Below are positions 28,148 through 38,247 of a DNA stretch of 64,000 nt, in pieces; within the stretch, counting starts at the first letter, position 1; the number at the start of each line of letters is the position of its first letter. The DNA is taken from assembly GCA_031291995.1 (NCBI GenBank), contig JARLHZ010000025.1, positions 91,965 to 155,964 on the forward strand. The letters run 5' to 3'. A program made the position numbers and the translations under genes. This DNA is from Candidatus Doudnabacteria bacterium (GTDB taxonomy: Bacteria > Patescibacteriota > Doudnabacteria > UBA920). The notes below the pieces were generated by a model. That model made no database searches. It worked only from the letters and a program-made list of their open reading frames with translations, and was not told the origin of the DNA.

Positions 28148-29484
28148 CAATGGGTCATGTCCCATAACTGTTAAAAATCCCAAATCTTCGCTACAATAAA
28201 AACAAAAGCAGTAAAAACAAACAAAAATCAAAAGTTATGAAGCTAAAACCTTTAACGGCTCTCCAGGTTATTGATCTGGTGCCGGATAGTATTTTAGACG
28301 CTTTAAGCCAAGAAAGCGGTGTTGATTTTGGCGTAAAGAAATTGCAAGGGAAAGTCCTGTTTAAGCTAATCATCTACTCTTTTCTTAGCTCCAAGCAAGT
28401 TTCGCTTCGCATACTGGAGGCCATTTACAATTCTGAAAAATTTAAAGCTTTGTTTAATATCCCCTTTACCGCGGTAACCAGGAAAGCCACTTATGCCGCT
28501 TTTAGTTTCAGGCTGAAGAACATAGACTACCGCTACTTTGAAAAAATTTTTAATTATTTGATCACCTCAACTTCGGTTCAAGACGTATTTTTTAATTCCC
28601 AAAAAATTAACCTTCGTAAAATCGACTCCACCATGCTCAGTCTTTCCAGCAAGCTGCTGTCCTTCGGCACGCACACCAGCGGCGGGCAGAATAACCTTAA
28701 AGTTACCCTGGAACTCACCGGCGGTATACCGGTGAACTTCATTCTGTTTAAAGATCAGCGATACTTAGCGGAAGAACTCGCCCTGCCGGAAGCGGTTAAG
28801 CGCCAGACGATAAAAAAGGCTTTAAATATTGCCATTTTTGACAGAGGGATTAAAAAAGTCAGTAGCTATTTGGATTTTAGCGAACAAAAGATATCCTTCA
28901 TCTCCAGACTGCAAAACCATAAAAATTTTAAGGTTGTAAAAGTCAATTCTCTCGGCGTCAACCATACGGCTACCCTTGAGTTGATTTCAGACAAAGTTAT
29001 CAGCTTTACCGGCAAACCAACCTTAGGAGTTACAGCAAAGAGTCAAAAATTTAACCGCTTTCGTGTGGTAACCGCGAAAAGTAAAGCTACGGGGCAAGTC
29101 ATCAGGTTTATCAGCAACATAAATTTTCTTACCGCGACGGAAATTACTGAACTTTACAAATCCCGATGGGAAATAGAAACCTTTTTTAAGTTTATTAAAC
29201 AGGAACTGAATTTTAAACACTTCCTCTCCAGGGACGAGAATGGGATTAAGGCTATGGTTTTTTTGACTATGATCACTGCCATATTGCTGACGCTCTACAA
29301 AAAAGTTAATAATTTAAGCGGCTGGGCTGTTGTCAAAATCAAATTCATGGATGAGCTTGAAGTTTGGCTTATGAAAACCTGGCATCAGGAAATGGCTCCG
29401 GCATTTTTACCCTTTTCATCATCACCCTACCCAAGTTTAAGCGGTTAATCAGGATTTTTAACAGTTATGGTCATGTCCCCATTG
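28148..29484 (+). mobile_element. IS4-family insertion sequence (about 1.34 kb) with about 33-bp terminal inverted repeats
   Basis: Left CAATGGGTCATGTCCCATAACTGTTAAAAATCC (28148-28180) vs reverse complement of right end CAATGGGGACATGACCATAACTGTTAAAAATCC (29452-29484); single DDE_Tnp_1 transposase inside. Confidence 0.8.
28237..29448 (+). CDS. IS4-family DDE transposase
   Basis: C-terminal YKSRWEIETFFKFIKQ hallmark of DDE_Tnp_1 (IS4/IS5-type) transposases; 403 aa. Confidence 0.8.
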   Translation: MKLKPLTALQVIDLVPDSILDALSQESGVDFGVKKLQGKVLFKLIIYSFLSSKQVSLRILEAIYNSEKFKALFNIPFTAVTRKATYAAFSFRLKNIDYRYFEKIFNYLITSTSVQDVFFNSQKINLRKIDSTMLSLSSKLLSFGTHTSGGQNNLKVTLELTGGIPVNFILFKDQRYLAEELALPEAVKRQTIKKALNIAIFDRGIKKVSSYLDFSEQKISFISRLQNHKNFKVVKVNSLGVNHTATLELISDKVISFTGKPTLGVTAKSQKFNRFRVVTAKSKATGQVIRFISNINFLTATEITELYKSRWEIETFFKFIKQELNFKHFLSRDENGIKAMVFLTMITAILLTLYKKVNNLSGWAVVKIKFMDELEVWLMKTWHQEMAPAFLPFSSSPYPSLSG

Positions 29485-29487
29485 TTT

Positions 29488-30027
29488 CATATACTTGGGC
29501 TATGTCTTTTTTCTTTGGGTAATTCCTCTGACAGTTTCCTAATTTTGCGGGCCCAAAATTTGGGATTAAGCCTAATTTTAGTTATATCCGCCTACATTGT
29601 TTATAACCTCGTTTATGCCCTGGCCTCAACGCCTGCCGGAATAATAGCTGATAAAATCGGGACGAAAAAAGTTTTCATTACGGGGATTATTATTTTCGCT
29701 CTGGCGTACTTAGGCTTTGCGCTGGATAAATACGGCAGCCTGGTCTGGCTGCTGTTTGGAGTTTATGGGTTCTATATTGCCCTAACCGACGGCGTCTCCA
29801 AAGCCATGATTGGCTCCTTAATTCCAAAGGAAGAAGCGGGAACGGCCTATGGGGTATTAACTACCGTGACCAGCGTGTTTACCTTAGCGGCGTCAGTGAT
29901 AGGCGGATTTCTGTGGTCGGCAGTTTCTCCGTCCGCGACTTTTATATTTGCCGTTGTTTGCGCAGTTCTTTCACTAATAGTATTTGCCAGTATTAAGACT
30001 AATAGCTTCATCAAAATTTCATCTTGA
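29488..30027 (+). pseudogene. MFS transporter fragment (about 6-TM C-terminal half only)
   Basis: ORF-track start 29467 lies inside the IS4 right inverted repeat; remaining sequence (LGNSSDSFLILRAQNLG..., six TM) looks like half of a 12-TM MFS protein; no N-terminal half upstream of the IS. Confidence 0.45.
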
Positions 30028-30044
30028 GGCTTTAACTTGAACCT

Positions 30045-30719
30045 ATGAGAATTTTAATCGTCGAAGATCAGGAAAAGCTGGCAAAGAGCCTGAAAAAAGG
30101 TCTAGAGCAAAAAGGCTACGTGGCTGACTATCTTTTGGATGGGGAGTCTGCGCAGCGAAGAATTGAAATGAAAGCCGACGATTACGACGCCGTTATTCTT
30201 GATGTTATGTTGCCCAAAAGGAATGGCGTGGACGTATGTAAAAGCTGGCGCAGCCAAAATATCACCATTCCTGTCTTGATGCTAACCGCTAGGGATACAA
30301 TGGCCGACAAAGTGACGGGGCTTGATTGCGGTGCTGATGATTACTTGGTAAAGCCTTTTGGCTACGAGGAACTTTTGGCCAGGCTCAGAGCTTTGTTGCG
30401 CCGGCCCAGGCAAGCCTTACAAACAGACTTAACTGTTGGGGATTTAAAATTAGACTCTGCAAAAAAGCAGATTACCTGTCATGGCAGGACACTTTCTTTA
30501 ACCGCAAAAGAGTTTGTCCTGCTGCAATATTTTATGCGCAATCCTAATTTGGTTTTAAGCAAGGAACAAATCTTACAGCACGTTTGGAACTACGACTCCA
30601 GTGCTTTTTCCAACATCGTGGATGCCCATATCAAGAATTTACGCAAGAAATTAAACAAGGTTCAATATGACCACGTTCTCCAAACGGTTCGGGGCATGGG
30701 CTACAGCCTTAAGACTTAA
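30045..30719 (+). CDS. OmpR-family response regulator (paralog of 24324..24992)
   Basis: MRILIVEDQEKLAKSLKKGLEQKGY... closely parallels the other RR; receiver plus wHTH. Confidence 0.85.
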   Translation: MRILIVEDQEKLAKSLKKGLEQKGYVADYLLDGESAQRRIEMKADDYDAVILDVMLPKRNGVDVCKSWRSQNITIPVLMLTARDTMADKVTGLDCGADDYLVKPFGYEELLARLRALLRRPRQALQTDLTVGDLKLDSAKKQITCHGRTLSLTAKEFVLLQYFMRNPNLVLSKEQILQHVWNYDSSAFSNIVDAHIKNLRKKLNKVQYDHVLQTVRGMGYSLKT

Positions 30720-31674
30720 CCCTTTCCAGCAAGCCCGTATTAAGCTGACCGCATCTTACATTTTTATGTTGGCAGTGATCTTATGCGTGTTCAGTTTCAG
30801 CCTTTATTATTCACTGGCAAAAAATTTAAGGGAAGATTTTGAAAGTGAAACCGCAGTCCAGCAGGTTCGCCATGAACTGGTCGAGTCGGCCTTAGACCAT
30901 ATCCAAACAACCATAGTTTTTGTAGATATAGGGGTGTTGCTGCTGTTTAGCTCTTTGGCTTACGTTTTGGCGGGCAAAACATTAAAGCCTATTGAACTGG
31001 CTTTAGACGCCCAAAAGCAATTCAGCGCCGATGCTTCCCATGAGTTCCGGACCCCGCTGTCAATCATAAAAAACGAACTGGAAGTTGCGTTGCAAAGCGA
31101 CCATATAGATGCCAAAGCCTTGATTCGAAGTAACCTCGAAGAGGTTAATCACATGTCCTCAATGGTTGACCAGCTTTTAAAATTATCCCGCAGCGAAAAT
31201 CACAAAAACGGTTTTAAAATGGCTCCGGTCAAATTAACGGAAATTGTTAAGTCATCTGTTACCACAATGCAAAAACTTGCCCAAATTAAGGATATAAAGC
31301 TGAGCTTAGAGACAGTCGAACAGGGTGATATATCGGGCAGCTTTGGCGCGTTACAGGAAGTGGTATTAAATTTATTACAGAACGCCATTGATTACACGCC
31401 AGAGGGCGGCTCTGTTAAGGTAGCAGTAAAAGCCACCGGAAAATTCCAGGAGCTGACAATCCAGGATACCGGCATCGGCATCGAAGCCAAGGACCTCCCT
31501 CATATATTTGAACGTTTTTACAAAGCTGATAACGCAAGAAGTTTACGATCCAACAGTTCCGGCCTCGGTCTTTCCATTGTCTATGATATCGTTCAAAGAC
31601 ACGGAGCTAAAGTTTTTGTCAGCAGTACGCCGGACAAAGGTACTTTGGTAACGTTAATTTTCCCATTATTGTGA
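30667..31674 (+). CDS. Sensor histidine kinase (paralog of 23354..24376)
   Basis: H-box HEFRTPLSII, DTGIGI, GLGLSIV; two TM. Confidence 0.85.
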   Translation: MTTFSKRFGAWATALRLNPFQQARIKLTASYIFMLAVILCVFSFSLYYSLAKNLREDFESETAVQQVRHELVESALDHIQTTIVFVDIGVLLLFSSLAYVLAGKTLKPIELALDAQKQFSADASHEFRTPLSIIKNELEVALQSDHIDAKALIRSNLEEVNHMSSMVDQLLKLSRSENHKNGFKMAPVKLTEIVKSSVTTMQKLAQIKDIKLSLETVEQGDISGSFGALQEVVLNLLQNAIDYTPEGGSVKVAVKATGKFQELTIQDTGIGIEAKDLPHIFERFYKADNARSLRSNSSGLGLSIVYDIVQRHGAKVFVSSTPDKGTLVTLIFPLL

Positions 31675-31813
31675 TAGCTTGTGGATAAATTTTCAAATTC
31701 TTTACCTTAGGTTGCTTAAACAAGGAGTATTTCCTTTCGTCCGTTCACGGTTATTTCATTCCCGCTCGTTAAGCTATATTCAGGTATAGAAAATTAACTC
31801 AAGAAAGGAATTA

Positions 31814-32179
31814 TTGATGGAAATAAACAAAAAATACGCCGCGCTGCTTTCTGTCGGCGCGTTGATCGGGACTGTTGGCGTAGTTGCCCTCCAGACTCAC
31901 GCTCAACAAGCTGTCAGCCAGCCTGTTGTCCAAAAGCAGCCAGCTACCCAAACTGCGGCACCTAGCCCGACTGCCACCGTTGATAAGGTTACGCCCCAGG
32001 ATACGGATAACATCCAAGACCCTGGCGGCGTGGAAAAGCCTGACGCTCCCGCTACTCAGGTCAAGGGAACGGAAACAGAAACCAATGACGGACAAGGTAG
32101 CGATAAGGATACATCTCCAGACAATGGCAGTAGTGATCAAGGAGAAACCAACGCCACTACTCCAGCAGCAACCAAATAA
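31814..32179 (+). CDS. Exported low-complexity protein
   Basis: Signal peptide then Q/T/P/D-rich sequence. Confidence 0.4.
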   Translation: MMEINKKYAALLSVGALIGTVGVVALQTHAQQAVSQPVVQKQPATQTAAPSPTATVDKVTPQDTDNIQDPGGVEKPDAPATQVKGTETETNDGQGSDKDTSPDNGSSDQGETNATTPAATK

Positions 32180-32202
32180 TCATTAACTATCAAACACGCG
32201 CC

Positions 32203-32240
32203 ACTCACCCCGGCGTGTGTTTGCTTTTGTGGTGACTCTT
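32203..32240 (+). terminator. Intrinsic terminator
   Basis: ACACGCGCC...GGCGTGTGT hairpin followed by TTGCTTTTGT. Confidence 0.45.
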
Positions 32241-32305
32241 TGCAAGCAAAAATTCACGAAATTTTCATCTGGAAAAATTATCCTTAACTAATAGGATAAC
32301 ATATA

Positions 32306-33475
32306 ATGTATAACTTTCGGCCACCTGAAATAAAAATAGAAACAACTAAGCGTTTCCCCTGGCTTTGGGTAATTTTCAAGTATCTAAAATATCCGGCTCT
32401 GGCTTTGGTTGCGCTGGTTGTTATAGGCGCGTTATTTGTTAAATTTGATACTTCAGCCGCAGCGGAAATGACTGACAAATACCTACGTCCGAGCTTTGGC
32501 GATAGCCGAATTATTTTTTTAGAAAAAATCTTCTTTAATTTATCCGATAAAGCGACTAAGGTTGTCTACGATTTTAAAAAACCTTTAGCCCCGCAGTTTT
32601 TAAGTTCAACCGCGGATACTAACATACCAACATCGCTTGACCTCAAACCAATCCCCCCAAATCCGGCCTTTACGCCATTACCCGAAGAAGGTGTATGGCA
32701 TAATATCCCTCTAAATATATTTCCAAACAAGGAAGTGATAGCCTACTCTTTTGTCAGACCTGATTCAAGTAGGTCTTTTGCAATAGTCTCGGTCGTTAAG
32801 ATCGACACCTCCGCGCTTACTTTAGGAAGCGTAGCTGGAATCTATGAGCCGGGTGGTAAGGTGGGAAAACACGGAACCGGCCAAGTACCAAAAAGTATTA
32901 TACAAAGCGGCGGTCTTGTTGCTGCCTTTGACGGAGGCTTCCAGTATCGTGATGGGGCCTATGGAATGATTGTAGGCAAGACCACTTATTTGCCGTTAAA
33001 GAACGATTTAGGCACGGTTGTTGGCTATTCTGACGGGACGTTTAAAATATTTGATTACACCGGGCAGGATCTAGGCAGTAATACAACTTTCGTGCGCCAA
33101 AACGGGCCAATGCTCATTGAAAACGGCGACATAACTGTGACCAATGCCGACAGCCAAAAAGTTTGGGGCAGAGTTGTCGGCGGGACAGATACTTTTACCT
33201 GGCGTTCAGGAATTGGCATAACCCAGAAAGGCGAGTTAATTTTTGCAGCCGGAAATAATTTAAGCCCACAGACTTTAGCGCAGGCTTTAAGCGCAGCTGG
33301 CGCAGTCAACGCCATCCAGTTGGATATCAACCCTCATTGGGTACGCTTTAATATTTTTAACTCTACGGGTTCCGGCCAATATGATTCTGCTCCACTAAAT
33401 AAAGACATGCAGGACGGGTCAAAGGAGTACTTGAACGGTTACCAAAAAGATTTTTTCTATGTCTACAAAAAATAA
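32306..33475 (+). CDS. Phosphodiester glycosidase-like (DUF2233/NAGPA) exported protein
   Basis: N-terminal TM; C-terminal SGIGITQKGELIFAAGNNLSPQTLAQALSAAGAVNAIQLD resembling DUF2233 domain. Confidence 0.45.
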   Translation: MYNFRPPEIKIETTKRFPWLWVIFKYLKYPALALVALVVIGALFVKFDTSAAAEMTDKYLRPSFGDSRIIFLEKIFFNLSDKATKVVYDFKKPLAPQFLSSTADTNIPTSLDLKPIPPNPAFTPLPEEGVWHNIPLNIFPNKEVIAYSFVRPDSSRSFAIVSVVKIDTSALTLGSVAGIYEPGGKVGKHGTGQVPKSIIQSGGLVAAFDGGFQYRDGAYGMIVGKTTYLPLKNDLGTVVGYSDGTFKIFDYTGQDLGSNTTFVRQNGPMLIENGDITVTNADSQKVWGRVVGGTDTFTWRSGIGITQKGELIFAAGNNLSPQTLAQALSAAGAVNAIQLDINPHWVRFNIFNSTGSGQYDSAPLNKDMQDGSKEYLNGYQKDFFYVYKK

Positions 33476-34058
33476 AATTCTTATTGGGTTAGGGGTTTGT
33501 CTAATTGCTTTAATGCTGGGCTCTATTTTCATTCAGCACAAACATCCACAACAAAAAAATATCGTTAAAGCCGAAGCGCTAAAACCAGTTCCAATACCAA
33601 CCGCACTTGATCCTAACTTTTTAACTCAAGTCAACGAGTGCTTTATCCCGACCGCCGCTGTTTACGGCTATGATTTACGCATTACTTCCGGCTTTCGCAG
33701 TTTGGCAGAGCAAAATGCCATATATGATTCGGGACGAACAGTAAATGGCCATATTGTCACTTGGGCTGAGCCGGGTAAAAGCCTCCATAATTACGGCTTT
33801 GCCGTTGATGTCGTCGACCGATTGAGAGGATATAATATTGATTTTGATAAGCTGGCAAAGATCGGCATATATTGCGGGCTTGAACAGGTTGATCCCCCTC
33901 ACTTCGAACACAGAGCCGGTCTGTCTACTGCTGACTTTGAAGCAGGCAAAAGACCTCCGCCTTTGACTTTACCCTGCACAGTAATGGACGAACGTTATAA
34001 GGCCAATCAGTCGCTGACACTTAAGGACTTACAGGCTTGCGGCGTGCCTAAGTTCTAA
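33459..34058 (+). CDS. M15-family D-Ala-D-Ala carboxypeptidase-like peptidase (VanY-like)
   Basis: SGFRSLAEQNAIY ... SLHNYGFAVDV zinc-binding motifs (H-x6-D / H) of peptidase M15. Confidence 0.75.
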   Translation: MSTKNKILIGLGVCLIALMLGSIFIQHKHPQQKNIVKAEALKPVPIPTALDPNFLTQVNECFIPTAAVYGYDLRITSGFRSLAEQNAIYDSGRTVNGHIVTWAEPGKSLHNYGFAVDVVDRLRGYNIDFDKLAKIGIYCGLEQVDPPHFEHRAGLSTADFEAGKRPPPLTLPCTVMDERYKANQSLTLKDLQACGVPKF

Positions 34059-34119
34059 TAGTTAAACAGAATCGCAACTCAGGGCAGAAAAGTGTTAGAA
34101 TGAATATAATAGACACTTT

Positions 34120-35265
34120 ATGAAGAAGCCTTTGTGCCCACTAACAATTATTTTTTTACTAGCTGCGGGATGCAGTTCCGCTGCAACGCAAACTTTTAAC
34201 AACTCCGCTCCGGCTGCAAATAATACCAACACGGCATCAACCCTCACTGCCGCTAAAAGCTGCCCGCCAGGTTTTGTTAAAGTTCCGGGTAGCACTGTCT
34301 ACCATACCCCAGATTTTTGCATCATGAAATACGAGGCCAAAGCCGCGCTAATTTCCAACCCTGCTGTCGGCCTAGAGCCCAAACTGGGCGATCCCTGCTC
34401 TGGGCAGAGCAACGGGCACGCGTACGGAACTTATAAAAACAACGGCGTGGGATGCGCTACGACTGCCAAGAATAACAAGCAGGTAGTTTCCACGGCTTCC
34501 GGCTTTCCTATTGCCTACATCCCTGAAACAGCCAACGGATCAGATAACGTCAAAAGTTATTGTCAGCAGATGGGCTGGCACTTAATCACTAATCCTGAAT
34601 GGATGACTATCGCACGAAATGTTGAACAGGTGGCGGCAAACTGGTGTAATGCCGATGGCACTAGTTGCGGCGCTATGCCGGGAACGCTAGGTAAAATTTT
34701 GGCTAACGGGCACAACAATGCTCAACCGGCCGCCGCGCTCGTCGCGTCGGCTAATGACAGCCAAGCTTGCTTTGGCACGGCAACAGATGGTTCAAATACC
34801 TGCGACGGAACAAATTCTCAAAAACGGACATTAACCTTAAGTAATGGAGAGGTCTTGTGGGACTTTGCCGGCAATGTCTGGCAGTGGGTAGACGGTAGCG
34901 TACTTCGGAAGGATGAGCCCCAATCGAAAAGCAACGGCAAGCTTGATATTGGTTGGCTGTCCAGCGAGTTTGCACCCGGACCGGGGGCGCTTCTAAGCGT
35001 GATTACGGGTAACGGCCAGGGACCATCGTTAGGGTATGATTCATTCCGGCCGTCCAACCCGGCCTGGAATTCAAATAACGGTGTAGGCCGAATTTTTCAT
35101 TACAGCAGCGCCAGTGAAACTAACACCACGGTTTACGGCTTTATCCGGGGAGGTCAATGGGACCATGGCGCCGTTGACGGAGCCTTTAGCATGCACCTAA
35201 CGCCAGTCCCTGACAAAACCAATATTGACGATGTGGGTTTCCGGTGTGCGGCCCCGTTACAATAA
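34120..35265 (+). CDS. Lipoprotein with FGE-sulfatase (SUMF1/DUF323) domain
   Basis: Lipobox LLAAGC; C-terminal GNVWQWVDG ... RGGQWDHG ... GFRCA blocks characteristic of formylglycine-generating-enzyme-like domain. Confidence 0.65.
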   Translation: MKKPLCPLTIIFLLAAGCSSAATQTFNNSAPAANNTNTASTLTAAKSCPPGFVKVPGSTVYHTPDFCIMKYEAKAALISNPAVGLEPKLGDPCSGQSNGHAYGTYKNNGVGCATTAKNNKQVVSTASGFPIAYIPETANGSDNVKSYCQQMGWHLITNPEWMTIARNVEQVAANWCNADGTSCGAMPGTLGKILANGHNNAQPAAALVASANDSQACFGTATDGSNTCDGTNSQKRTLTLSNGEVLWDFAGNVWQWVDGSVLRKDEPQSKSNGKLDIGWLSSEFAPGPGALLSVITGNGQGPSLGYDSFRPSNPAWNSNNGVGRIFHYSSASETNTTVYGFIRGGQWDHGAVDGAFSMHLTPVPDKTNIDDVGFRCAAPLQ

Positions 35266-35341
35266 TCTCCCAGATAAATTTATAAATAATTAATGGCGGA
35301 AAGACCACCTTGGTAATTCCACCAAAAAGGATAAACTGTTA

Positions 35342-36160
35342 ATGGATACAATTAATAGCGTGGCAGGAACCAGTGCTCCTTCCGTGGCCAAACAACTGTT
35401 TAATAAAGTGCCGGAAGTGACCATATATTTCTGGCTAATCAAAGTTTTATGTACTACCGTTGGCGAGACTTTTTCTGATTTTCTTGACGGCAAATTTAAC
35501 TTGGGTACCGCCAACTTGGCGTACATCTTTGGCGGCTTGCTCCTGATCGTTTTGTTTTTTCAGTTTAAGAAAAAGAAGTATGTGCCAGGGATATATTGGC
35601 TGGCAGTTGTTTTGGTCAGCGTTGTAGGCACTTTGATAACAGACAACCTCACTGATAATTTGGGGATTTCGCTGGTTACGACTACGGTTGTCTTTAGCAT
35701 AGTATTGGCCGCAGTGTTTGCCATTTGGTACTCGATGGAAAAAACCTTGTCCATTGAATCCATTAACACCTTCGGCAGGGAAGCCTTTTATTGGCTGGCT
35801 ATTTTATTCACCTTTGCTCTTGGTACAGCCTCCGGTGACCTGATTGCCGAAAAGTTCGCTTTGGGCTATCTGATTTCCGCCGCCATTATTTTCGGCGCAA
35901 TCCTTCTTATCTCCGCAGGGCATTTTTGGATGAAGATGAGCAAGGTGTTGGCATTCTGGCTGATTTATATCCTAACCAGACCCCTCGGAGCTTCTCTTGG
36001 CGATTTATTGTCGCAAGCTAAAACCGACGGCGGTTTGGGACTTGGGCCTACGATGACCAGCGCGATTTTTCTGCTAGCTATTTTAGCGCTCGTCACCTAC
36101 CTGGCAATTACCAAAAAGGACGTCACGCCTCAAGAAAAAGTATTAGCGGAGCAAAATTAA
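35342..36160 (+). CDS. Polytopic membrane protein, paralog A (internally duplicated)
   Basis: PEVTIYFWLIKVLCTTVGETFSDFL and later SINTFGREAFYWLAILFTFALGTASGDL repeat; paralogous to 38244..39020. Confidence 0.5.
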   Translation: MDTINSVAGTSAPSVAKQLFNKVPEVTIYFWLIKVLCTTVGETFSDFLDGKFNLGTANLAYIFGGLLLIVLFFQFKKKKYVPGIYWLAVVLVSVVGTLITDNLTDNLGISLVTTTVVFSIVLAAVFAIWYSMEKTLSIESINTFGREAFYWLAILFTFALGTASGDLIAEKFALGYLISAAIIFGAILLISAGHFWMKMSKVLAFWLIYILTRPLGASLGDLLSQAKTDGGLGLGPTMTSAIFLLAILALVTYLAITKKDVTPQEKVLAEQN

Positions 36161-36186
36161 ATTAAGCCAATAATAACCTTAAATAT

Positions 36187-36471
36187 ATGAACAAATTACA
36201 ACTTACAGAACAATTAGGAGCTAAACTTGGGATTGCTCACAGCGAGGCAGAGCGATTTTTAAATTCCTTAACGGGCATGATCTATGAAATACTTAGGGGC
36301 GGTGATAAGGTTAATATTTCCGGCTTCGGCCAATTCAGCGTTTCCCACCGCGCTCCCCGTATTGGTGTAAACCCGCGGAACCCCTCACAAAAAATTACTA
36401 TTCCCGAACTGAATACTCCGAAGTTTAAGGCCGGGGAGGCATTTAAGGAAGCGATCAAATTGAGGCAATAA
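36187..36471 (+). CDS. HU/IHF-family DNA-binding protein
   Basis: 94 aa; ISGFGQFSVSHRAPRIGVNPRNP arm motif. Confidence 0.85.
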   Translation: MNKLQLTEQLGAKLGIAHSEAERFLNSLTGMIYEILRGGDKVNISGFGQFSVSHRAPRIGVNPRNPSQKITIPELNTPKFKAGEAFKEAIKLRQ

Positions 36472-36496
36472 CCCACTCCGGAACCAAATATTCCTT

Positions 36497-37033
36497 ATGA
36501 AACTATGGATATGGATAGTTGTAACTTTATTATTCCAAGAACTTATTTCCACCAATGCTGTCTTATTGGAGGCTTTTCAGAAACATTATAATATTTGGAT
36601 TATCCACGGAATATTCTTGGCCACCACCGCTATTGGGATTATTGTCGGCTACTGGCTGGGACAGTGGGTGCAGAAAACTTTCCATAACAACAAAGTAGTC
36701 TCCTATATTCAAAAATTGGCTAAAAGAACCGAGCGTTTTATGGGAAGAAATGGCACACGGCTTTCATTGGTTTTCTTGTCTATAATAGACTTTAATTTTA
36801 TGGATTCGTTTTTGTCAGCGTGGCTGGATGTATCTTTCTGGGAAATTTTTATTTTCCTGTTTATTGGTAACTTGTTATGGTATGTTTCCCAGTGGATAAT
36901 CATTCTGGGCGTTAACACTTACGTCCGCAATCCAATTCAGGCCTTGTATGTAATAATTGGCCTGTCTGTGGTTCTGACAATTATTTTTAAATTGATTAGC
37001 AATAAAGTCTTAAAAAGAAAAAAGTCGGATTAA
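36497..37033 (+). CDS. Hypothetical membrane protein
   Basis: 178 aa, four TM. Confidence 0.4.
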   Translation: MKLWIWIVVTLLFQELISTNAVLLEAFQKHYNIWIIHGIFLATTAIGIIVGYWLGQWVQKTFHNNKVVSYIQKLAKRTERFMGRNGTRLSLVFLSIIDFNFMDSFLSAWLDVSFWEIFIFLFIGNLLWYVSQWIIILGVNTYVRNPIQALYVIIGLSVVLTIIFKLISNKVLKRKKSD

Positions 37034-37680
37034 TGCGAAATATACTCTCAACTTATAAATCTTTCTTCACCAAACCGCGACGGCGCTCTCTCTATGTAGC
37101 CTTTTTCATTTTGGCTTTGAGCCTAATCTTCCAATACTACGCTGGCGCTTACTCAGCCCACGTAGCCACTCAGTATGTCGGCGATCTACTTCTTGACCAC
37201 TTACCAATAGTCAACCTTAATCTTATTATCGTAGAGGGGGCGCTTTGGGCGATTTTATTTAGCGCAATTCTCATACTAGCCAAACCTAAGTATATAATTT
37301 TCACTTTAAAAGCTGTGGCGGTGTTCCTGGCGCTGCGGGCTATTTTTGTTGCAGTAACGCACTTGGGGATTTACCCAGGCCAGATAGTGCCGGGCCCCGG
37401 ACCTTTTGATTCGCTGTATACGGCCTTGGGGCTGCAAACGGGTTATTTCTTTTCCGCCCATACGGGATTACCGCTGCTCATGGCCCTGATCTTTTGGGAA
37501 GAACGGCTGTGGCGTTTTATCTACCTTGCGGCATCGGCAATTTTTGCCATCTCAGTGCTACTGGCCCATGTGCACTATTCCATAGATGTTTTAGCAGCTC
37601 CTCTTATGACTTACAGTATTTTTAAGTTTGCTGAATATATGTTCCAGGAGGACTTCAATTTAACAAAGACAAAAATTTGA
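37033..37680 (+). CDS. PAP2-like membrane phosphatase (divergent)
   Basis: FSAHTGLPLL and LLAHVHYSIDV resembling PAP2 motifs 2 and 3. Confidence 0.45.
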   Translation: MRNILSTYKSFFTKPRRRSLYVAFFILALSLIFQYYAGAYSAHVATQYVGDLLLDHLPIVNLNLIIVEGALWAILFSAILILAKPKYIIFTLKAVAVFLALRAIFVAVTHLGIYPGQIVPGPGPFDSLYTALGLQTGYFFSAHTGLPLLMALIFWEERLWRFIYLAASAIFAISVLLAHVHYSIDVLAAPLMTYSIFKFAEYMFQEDFNLTKTKI

Positions 37681-37749
37681 AAAAAGCGGTATATTTATTA
37701 ATCCGCTAATTCGTATAAATTAAATATCTTTCTAGAAAGGAGCTTTGGT

Positions 37750-38247
37750 TTGAACGCCCTAATTATTTTTTCCGCCCAATATTTATATCTGCTCGTAATT
37801 GCTATAACGGCCGTTTGCTTTTTTATAATCCCCAAAGACCAAAAGAGAAACTTCGGACTTTTGCTGATTATCGCCCTGCCCTGTATCTATCTGATTTCAA
37901 AGGTGGCTGCAAATTTTTACTTTGATCCTCGGCCGTTTGTAGTCGGCCACTTTGCTCCTCTTATTCCACATGCTCCTGACAACGGTTTTCCATCTGACCA
38001 CGTCCTGCTTACCAGCGCCATATCTTCCGTGGTTTTTGCATACAACAAAAAAGTAAGCGCTGTACTTTGGGCACTTACAATTATTGTGGGACTGGCCAGG
38101 ATCCTTGTCGGCGTTCATCACCTTATTGATATTGCTGGAGCAATTACTATTTCTATCCTGGTAACTGCCGTTATAGACTACCTTCTAAAAAAGCAAAAAG
38201 TTTTCATTTACAGATACAAAACATTGACTGGGAGGATTATTCTATGA
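37750..38247 (+). CDS. PAP2-family phosphatase (BcrC-like)
   Basis: FPSDHV (PSGH) and ARILVGVHHLIDI (SRxxxxxHxxxD) motifs. Confidence 0.7.
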   Translation: MNALIIFSAQYLYLLVIAITAVCFFIIPKDQKRNFGLLLIIALPCIYLISKVAANFYFDPRPFVVGHFAPLIPHAPDNGFPSDHVLLTSAISSVVFAYNKKVSAVLWALTIIVGLARILVGVHHLIDIAGAITISILVTAVIDYLLKKQKVFIYRYKTLTGRIIL

